Part shown: positions 57,692 through 64,000 of the stretch, in pieces | Numbering within the stretch: the stretch's first letter is position 1 | How the letters are laid out: every line of letters begins with the position of its first letter | NCBI GenBank assembly: GCA_963783375.1 | Contig: CAWANH010000028.1 | Location: forward strand, 1,472,001-1,536,000 | Length of the DNA stretch: 64,000 nt | Direction: 5' to 3' | Source of the DNA: Candidatus Eiseniibacteriota bacterium | GTDB lineage: Bacteria; Eisenbacteria; RBG-16-71-46; JABDJR01 | Made by a program: the position numbers and the translations under genes | The notes under the pieces: generated by a model | What the model was told of the DNA's origin: nothing | What the model saw: the letters and a program-made list of their open reading frames with translations, nothing else | Database searches by the model: none

Positions 57692-60019
57692 TTGGCGAAT
57701 CTCGTAAGCCGCTACGCCCACTGGCTCCACACCCGCTGGCCGGCGGGGACGGTGGAGAAGCTCCCCGAAGTCGCCGGGGACGGCCGGACCGCGGTGCCCG
57801 GTCTCTACGTGACCGGCGACCTCACCGGAATCCCCCTCCTCAAGTTCTCCCTGGACAGCGGGGCCCGGGCGGCCCGGCGGATCGCCGAGGAGCTCGGCTC
57901 CTCGCCCCGGCAAGGCGACCTCCTCGACGTGGCGATCGTGGGGGCGGGGGTCTCGGGCATGGCCGCGGCCATGGAGTGCCGCCGGAGGGGCCTCGGGTTC
58001 CGGGTGCTGGAGTCCGCCGAGACCTTCTTCACGATCGTGAACTTTCCCCGCCGCAAACCCATCTACACCTACCCCCGGGCGATGGAGCCGGCCGGGGACC
58101 TCCAGGTCCGGGCCGAGGTGAAGGAGGATCTCCTGGAGGAGCTTCGGGCCCAGGTGCGCGACGCAGGGATCGAGGTCGAGCCCGCCCGCGCCCTCTCGGT
58201 CCGCCGCGCCGCCGGGGCGCTGGAGGTGATGCTGGCCGAGGGCGAGCCGGTCCGGGCCCGCAGGGTCATCGTGGCCATCGGCCGGAACGGGGAGTTCCGC
58301 CGGCTCGGGGTACCCGGAGAGGATCTCGACACGGTCTCCAACCGCCTTCACGATCCCGCCGATTTCGCCGGGAAGCGGACGCTGGTGGTGGGAGGGGGAG
58401 ACAGCGCGCTCGAGGCCGTCGTCGCCCTGGCCCGGGCGGGGGCGCGGGTGGCCTTGAGTTACCGGGGGAACGAGCTCTCCCGGCCCAAGCCGGTGAACGT
58501 GGAGATGGTCCAGGCCCTGGCTGCGGGGAAGAGCGTGGGGGAGGCCCGCGCGCGGGTCGAACGCCCCAGCTCGGAGCGGGTCGCCGCCGCCGCGGACGAC
58601 TTCGCGGGAGCGGCGCCCTTCGCCGGGACCGTGGAGCTCCTGCTCGGGAGCCGGGTGAAGGAGATCCGGCCGGGGGAGGCGGTCATCGAGGCCTCGGAGG
58701 GCGAGCGCCGGATCGAAAACGATGCGGTATTCGTCATGATCGGCCGGGAAGCCCCCCTCGACTTCTTCCGCCGAAGCGGGATCCCGGTGGCGGGAGAGAT
58801 GCGGGCCCGGAACTGGGCCGCGCTCTCGGCCTTCGTGCTCTTCTGCGTCTGGCTCTACAACTGGAAGTCGGGCGGGTTCCTGGCCCGGCTCTGGGAGGGG
58901 CACGGCTGGTTCCCCTACGGCCTGGCCGGGGCGGCGGAACGTTGGGTCGCCGATCCCCATTCCCTGGCCGGGGTGACGGTCCACTCCGCGCTCGGGCATC
59001 CGTCCTTCTGGTACACCCTGGCCTACTCCACGGTGGTGGTGCTCTTCGGCATCCGGCGGATCCGGCGCCGCCGGACCCCCTACGTCACCGTCCAGACCGT
59101 GACCCTGGCGGTCATCCAGGTGGTGCCGCTGTTCCTCCTACCCGAGATCATTCTCCCGTGGCTGAACTACCACGGCTGGCTTCCCCAGGGGCTGGCCGAC
59201 GCGCTCTTCCCCCAGGTGAGCTACGGTCACGGACGGGAGTTCTGGCGGGCCTACGGACTGGTTCTGGCCTGGCCGCTCAACGTCTACAACGTGTTCACCC
59301 CCCACCCGCTCCCGGCGTGGTTGGTCATCTGCGGGGTCCAGACCCTGGTGCTCATCCCGGCCGCGATCTTCTTCTTCGGAAAGGGGGCCTACTGCGGGTG
59401 GATCTGCTCCTGCGGGGCCCTGGCTGAGACCCTGGGAGACGGCTTCCGCCACAAGATGCCCCACGGACCGCGGTGGAATCGCCTGAACATGCTGGGGCAG
59501 GGGGTGCTCCTGGTCGCGGTGCTCCTGTTGCTGCTCCGCATCGCGGGTTGGATCTTCCCCGGCGTGGGTTGGCTGCAGGCGGTGTTCAACGTGGCCCTGG
59601 ACGGCGGCGGAACCCATTGGCCGAGCTACAAGTGGACGGTGGACGTGTTCCTGGCCGGGGTCCTGGGCTACGGGCTCTATTTCTGGTTCTCGGGCCGCAT
59701 GTGGTGCCGCTTCGCCTGCCCCCTGGCCGCGCTCATGCACATCTACGCCCGGTTCAGCCGCTTCCGGATCTTCGCCGAGAAGAAGAAGTGCATCTCCTGC
59801 AACGTCTGCACCTCGGTCTGCCACCAGGGGATCGACGTCATGAGCTTCGCCAACAAGGGGCTTCCCATGCAGGATCCCGAATGCGTGCGCTGTTCCGCCT
59901 GCGTCCAGAGCTGCCCCACCGGGGTGCTCTATTTCGGGCGGGTGGACGCCGCGGGACGGCCGGCCGCGGTGGACCGGCTCGCCGCCTCGCCGGTGCGGAT
60001 GCGCGAGGGGGACGGCTGA
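57692..60019 (+). CDS. Thioredoxin-reductase-like FAD/NAD(P) domain fused to a NapH-like membrane 4Fe-4S domain
   Basis: VGAGVSG, VGGGDSA, TM helices, CGWICSCG, CRFACP, CISCNVCTSVC and CVRCSACVQSCP. TTG start after AGGAGG. Confidence 0.87.
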   Translation: MANLVSRYAHWLHTRWPAGTVEKLPEVAGDGRTAVPGLYVTGDLTGIPLLKFSLDSGARAARRIAEELGSSPRQGDLLDVAIVGAGVSGMAAAMECRRRGLGFRVLESAETFFTIVNFPRRKPIYTYPRAMEPAGDLQVRAEVKEDLLEELRAQVRDAGIEVEPARALSVRRAAGALEVMLAEGEPVRARRVIVAIGRNGEFRRLGVPGEDLDTVSNRLHDPADFAGKRTLVVGGGDSALEAVVALARAGARVALSYRGNELSRPKPVNVEMVQALAAGKSVGEARARVERPSSERVAAAADDFAGAAPFAGTVELLLGSRVKEIRPGEAVIEASEGERRIENDAVFVMIGREAPLDFFRRSGIPVAGEMRARNWAALSAFVLFCVWLYNWKSGGFLARLWEGHGWFPYGLAGAAERWVADPHSLAGVTVHSALGHPSFWYTLAYSTVVVLFGIRRIRRRRTPYVTVQTVTLAVIQVVPLFLLPEIILPWLNYHGWLPQGLADALFPQVSYGHGREFWRAYGLVLAWPLNVYNVFTPHPLPAWLVICGVQTLVLIPAAIFFFGKGAYCGWICSCGALAETLGDGFRHKMPHGPRWNRLNMLGQGVLLVAVLLLLLRIAGWIFPGVGWLQAVFNVALDGGGTHWPSYKWTVDVFLAGVLGYGLYFWFSGRMWCRFACPLAALMHIYARFSRFRIFAEKKKCISCNVCTSVCHQGIDVMSFANKGLPMQDPECVRCSACVQSCPTGVLYFGRVDAAGRPAAVDRLAASPVRMREGDG

Positions 60020-60032
60020 GCCGGCGACTTGC

Positions 60033-60566
60033 TCAGTGTCCTCCCGTCATCCAGGCGCCCGCCCCGAACACCAGCCCCACCAGCAGGGTGATCACGATCA
60101 GGGCGATCCAGCCCAGGATCACGGTGGCCACCGCGCGCCCGGTGGTGAAGTCCAGGGCCTGGCGGATGGCCACCACTCCGGCGATCAGTTGCCAGACGAG
60201 GGCCACGACGGCGAGGAACGAACCCAGGACGGGAACGAACACGAAGAAGGCCAGGATCCTCGGCGTGTAGGAATAGCCGAGGACCCGGAGCATCTCCCCC
60301 ATGTCCGAGCGGGTCTCCGGTCCCCGGGTGACGGTGGTGCCGATCCACAGGGTGATTCCGGCCCACACCACCCACCCGATCAGACCCGAGATGATCTCAC
60401 GGATGAACGGGGAGAACCCCCCGTAGAGGATCGTGGAACCCAGACCGGACACCGCCGAGACCAGGATCACCACCCACAGGGCCTCGATGGTGTACTTCGG
60501 GTCGGCTTCCACCATCTCGTAGAATGCGGCGTCGAGCCGGGCGGCCCGGAGCATTCGCTGGAGCAT
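60033..60566 (-). CDS. YIP1-family membrane protein
   Basis: Five TM helices, RMLRAARLD..FYE.VEAD, LRVLGYSYTP and AIRQALD. Confidence 0.8.
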   Translation of the reverse strand: MLQRMLRAARLDAAFYEMVEADPKYTIEALWVVILVSAVSGLGSTILYGGFSPFIREIISGLIGWVVWAGITLWIGTTVTRGPETRSDMGEMLRVLGYSYTPRILAFFVFVPVLGSFLAVVALVWQLIAGVVAIRQALDFTTGRAVATVILGWIALIVITLLVGLVFGAGAWMTGGH

Positions 60567-60611
60567 GATTCCCCCCTTCGCCGTTCGAATCCATGGCCCG
60601 CCGCGGGACGC

Positions 60612-63449
60612 CTACTTGGCGGTCCCGTTTCCCGAGGGTTCCTCGCTTTCCGGAAGCAGGGTCACCACGGTGTGGTTGTCCAGCGGGTAGTAGCGCGACA
60701 TGACGTCCTTCAAGGACGCGGCGGTGATCTTGTCGATCCGCTCCCGGCGGTGGAGGATCACCGAGGGGTCCCAACCCAGGACATCCACGGTGAGGAAACT
60801 CCCCAGCCAGTAGCCGTTCTGCTCCAACCCCTTCTCCAGGGACCGGGTTTCCAGCTCCTTGACCTTCGCCACCTCCTCCGGGGTCGGGCCCTCCGCCTTG
60901 AACCGGGCCACCTCGTCGAACACCACCTGCTTCATCCTGTCCGCGTTCTCGGGGGAGGAGCCGAAGCTCACGCTGGTGGTCCCGTAGTGCGTGTAGGGGA
61001 GAAGATGGGTTCCGGACACGTTCACCGAATAGGTCGCGCCCAATTCCTCGCGGAGCTTGTCGCGGAGCCGGATTTCCAGGACGTCTCCGGCGATCCGGAG
61101 CAGGTACATCTCCAGCTCGTTGTTCCCGGTCAGGGCGGGCCAGGTGATCGCGGTTGAGCTCTTGGGGTCGGCGCCGGCGTAGACCTTCCTGTCGATGATC
61201 CCCGGCGGGAAGCGGAGGTTCCGCCCCTCGAGGTGGGGGGTGTCGGGTGAGGGCGGAAGCGAACCCAGGTAGCGGGCGGCCAGGGTTTCCACCCGGGCCG
61301 GGTCGAAGGCCCCCACGAAGTAGTAGCGGAAGCTCGATGCTTCGGCCGCCCGCGCCTTGTAGAAGGCCAGGGCCTTCTCCCGGTCCACCCGCTCAAGGTA
61401 TTCGGGGGTGGTGGGCTGGAACATGTAGTTGTCCGAGTAGTTCACCCGCATGAGCTCGTCGGAGAATCGGGCCCGGGGATCGGCCAGCCGGTTCTGCACC
61501 AGCTCCCGGTACTTGGCGATCAGGACCCCGTAGGCCTCGGGGCGGTCGTTGGGGGCGGTGAGGTCGAGATAGACGAGCTGAAGCGCGGTTTCCAGGTCGG
61601 CCGGGGTGGCGTTGCCGCGCAGGCCCTCCACGTAGGTCTGGAGGAACGGGGACTCCGAGGCGATCTTTCCCGACAGCAGCTTCTGGTAATCGGTGGGGGT
61701 GAATCCCCCCGACCCCGCCTCGTTCAGGTAGGCGGTGGCCAGCTCCGCCGAAGGAAAGTCGGCGCTGTCGGCCAGGCAGGTCCCGCCGGGGGACTGGGCC
61801 CCGAACAGCACCTCGTCGTTCTTGAAGTCGGTGGGCTTCATCCAGACTTCGACCCCGTTGGCGAAGGTGAGGGCGGTCACCCCCAGGTCCGGGTGCTCCT
61901 CGCGCTTGACCACCCGGCCGGGGGTGGGGAGGTCGGGGATGAGGGCCTGGGAGACCAGGCTGTCCATGTAGGCGGGCGGGGACGAGGCCTCGGCGTCCCG
62001 GGCCGCCGCCAGAAGGGAATCCGGGGTGGGCATGCTCACCGCTTCCTTGTCCGGCCCCGAGACCAGGATGACCGTGTTGCCTTCGTGCACCAGGCGGCCG
62101 ATCGATCCCTGGACCTCGTCGAGGGTGATCTCGCCGGTGAGGGCCTTGGCGAGGCCGAACTCGTAGTCGATCCCGGGGATCGGCTCCTCCTCTAGGTAGT
62201 TGTTGATGTATTCACCGACGTAGGAATTGCTCTCGGTCTTGTCGCGCTCGTTGTAGGCGCTCTCCATCCCGGCCAGGAACCGGGCCTTGGCGCGGTCCAG
62301 CTCCCCGGCGGTGAAGCCGTGGGCCCGGACGCGGGCAATCTCGGTCATGAGCGAGCTCAAGGCCCGGGTCGCTCCGCCCTCGGGAGCCACCGCGAAGGCC
62401 TGGTACATGTCCAGGGTGCGGACGAAGGATCCCGATCCGGTCCCCGCGAAGAGGAAGGGGGCGTCGGGCTTCTTGGTGATCTCGGCCAGTCGGGCGTTCA
62501 GCATGCTCGAGAAGAAATTGGTGACCAGCTGGCGGCGGTAGTCCCGCACCTTCCCCTGTTCCTCCACCGGACGCTTGAACACGATCGAGACCTGGGTGTA
62601 GGGCATCTCCTTGTCGGTGGCCACCGTGGCCAGCATGTCCGGGTTCGGAGGGACCGGGTAGTAGGGGCGCTGGATCGTGGTCGCGGGAGCGGGGAGGGGT
62701 TCGAAGTGGGTGCGGATCAGGGTCTCCATGGAGTCCGGGTCGAAGGCGCCCACCGCCACCACCGCCATGAGCGGGGGCCGGTACCACGAATCGTAGAAGC
62801 TCCTGACCGTGTCCACCGGGGCGTTCTCGATCACCTCGGGGAGGCCGATGGGGAGCCGCACGGCGTAGCGGGAGCCCTCGAGCAGCACCGGCCACTGCAC
62901 CTTGCGAATCCGCTCCTGGGCGCCCCGGCCGAGCCGCCACTCCTCCATCACCACCCCGCGCTCCTTCTGCACCTCCTCGGGGGCGAAGGTGATGCGGTGG
63001 GCCCAATCGCTCAACACCAGCACGCCGTCGTCCAGGAGCCCGGGCTTGTCGGTGGGGATCTCCAGCATGTAAACGGTCTGATCGAAGCCGGTGTAGGCGT
63101 TCAGATCGGCTCCGAACTTGGTGCCGATCGATTCCAGGAAGTCGATCAGATCGTTGTGGGCGAAGTGCTCGGTCCCGTTGAAGGCCATGTGCTCCACGAA
63201 GTGGGCGAGGCCGCGCTGGCCCTCGGTCTCGAGGATCGAGCCCGCGTTCACCACCAGCCGCAGTTCGGCCCGATTCTCCGGCTTGTGGTTGGCCCGGATG
63301 TAGTAGGTCAGGCCGTTGTCCAGGTGCCCGATCCGGACCGCGCCGTCGACGGGGAGGGCCTGGTCGGGGGCCGGGGCCGGGGCGGCGGAACCCCGCACGG
63401 GGGTGAGGAGGACGGCCAGGAGAGCGGAGACGATCAGCCGGAGTTTCAT
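60612..63449 (-). CDS. M16 (insulinase/PqqL-like) zinc peptidase
   Basis: LDNGLTYYI, GLAHFVEHMAFNG, NAYTGFDQTVY, LREELGATYS and a signal peptide. Confidence 0.94.
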   Translation of the reverse strand: MKLRLIVSALLAVLLTPVRGSAAPAPAPDQALPVDGAVRIGHLDNGLTYYIRANHKPENRAELRLVVNAGSILETEGQRGLAHFVEHMAFNGTEHFAHNDLIDFLESIGTKFGADLNAYTGFDQTVYMLEIPTDKPGLLDDGVLVLSDWAHRITFAPEEVQKERGVVMEEWRLGRGAQERIRKVQWPVLLEGSRYAVRLPIGLPEVIENAPVDTVRSFYDSWYRPPLMAVVAVGAFDPDSMETLIRTHFEPLPAPATTIQRPYYPVPPNPDMLATVATDKEMPYTQVSIVFKRPVEEQGKVRDYRRQLVTNFFSSMLNARLAEITKKPDAPFLFAGTGSGSFVRTLDMYQAFAVAPEGGATRALSSLMTEIARVRAHGFTAGELDRAKARFLAGMESAYNERDKTESNSYVGEYINNYLEEEPIPGIDYEFGLAKALTGEITLDEVQGSIGRLVHEGNTVILVSGPDKEAVSMPTPDSLLAAARDAEASSPPAYMDSLVSQALIPDLPTPGRVVKREEHPDLGVTALTFANGVEVWMKPTDFKNDEVLFGAQSPGGTCLADSADFPSAELATAYLNEAGSGGFTPTDYQKLLSGKIASESPFLQTYVEGLRGNATPADLETALQLVYLDLTAPNDRPEAYGVLIAKYRELVQNRLADPRARFSDELMRVNYSDNYMFQPTTPEYLERVDREKALAFYKARAAEASSFRYYFVGAFDPARVETLAARYLGSLPPSPDTPHLEGRNLRFPPGIIDRKVYAGADPKSSTAITWPALTGNNELEMYLLRIAGDVLEIRLRDKLREELGATYSVNVSGTHLLPYTHYGTTSVSFGSSPENADRMKQVVFDEVARFKAEGPTPEEVAKVKELETRSLEKGLEQNGYWLGSFLTVDVLGWDPSVILHRRERIDKITAASLKDVMSRYYPLDNHTVVTLLPESEEPSGNGTAK

Positions 63450-63650
63450 ACCGGGCTCCTTGTCGAGGGGACGGAAAGTCGATATTCGAGGGCGGTTCGC
63501 CGGGTCGGTTTCCCCGAAGCGGCGACCGCCGGCCCCATTGTGTACCATTCGGGCCTGCTTGCCCATGCCGGGGGATGGGGATTCGGCGCCGAATACAGGG
63601 AGGCCCCCCGGTGGGGGGGCCTCGTCGCTCAGCGCCGGGGATGGGCCCGA

Positions 63651-64000
63651 TCAGGCCGCGTTTTCGGCGTCCCGTTCGGCCAGGGCGGCGTCCAGTCGCT
63701 GGATCGTCTGGCGCATCCAGTCGGCCTGCTCGGCGTGTCGTACGGCGATGCCCGCGTTCTCCGCAAAGACCTGCAGGGCCTGGAGGTCGTCCTCGCCGTA
63801 GTCCCGATCCCCGGACCGGCTGCTCACGTTGAGCACCCCCACCAATTCCCCGCGGACCTCGATCGGCACCACCATGGCCGCGCTGATGGCCTCGCTCTTG
63901 GGCTTGAATCCCGGGTACTTGGCCGCATCCACGGTCTTGCCCAGAAGAAGGGGTTTGCGATTCTCGCCCACCCAACCGGCGATTCCCTCGCCCATCTGGA
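63651..64000 (-). CDS. GAF-domain protein, C-terminal part only (5' end lies outside the window)
   Basis: GEGIAGWV...SAAMVVPI...VGVLNVS...DDLQALQVFAEN. Confidence 0.85.
   Translation of the reverse strand, partial: QMGEGIAGWVGENRKPLLLGKTVDAAKYPGFKPKSEAISAAMVVPIEVRGELVGVLNVSSRSGDRDYGEDDLQALQVFAENAGIAVRHAEQADWMRQTIQRLDAALAERDAENAA

Overview
A very GC-rich bacterial chromosomal segment with about 45 protein-coding genes. I found no rRNA, tRNA, CRISPR array, IS element or prophage. A PorV-like gene, two large secreted proteases with T9SS/FlgD-type C-terminal domains, LpxH and a secreted protein ending in 'TWGxxKxxF' suggest a diderm FCB-group candidate lineage such as Eisenbacteria, Krumholzibacteriota or Latescibacterota (inference only). 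Routine content: two sigma54 activators, two HtrA proteases, M23 peptidase plus amidase, CopA, a ZnuABC-like transporter, a beta-CASP nuclease, an ABC exporter, dCMP deaminase, PLD, rhodanese and an M16 peptidase. The most unusual items are: (i) a closely packed four-gene cyclic-nucleotide module (FAD oxidoreductase, stand-alone cNMP-binding protein, FHA-class III cyclase with non-canonical specificity residues, MBL phosphodiesterase) behind a Fur-like box; (ii) a sigma54-driven AAA+ ATPase flanked by a structured leader and a ~370-nt hairpin-dense trailer that may be an ncRNA; (iii) SbcD/SbcC(YhaO/YhaN)-like and IrrE-like proteins with substituted catalytic motifs; (iv) three sigma54 promoters sharing an IHF-like box at a near-fixed distance; (v) a Cys-rich repeat protein with a TWG C-terminal motif. 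Three genes are split by single-base frameshifts that look like sequencing errors. All calls come from reading motifs by eye; no database searches were run.
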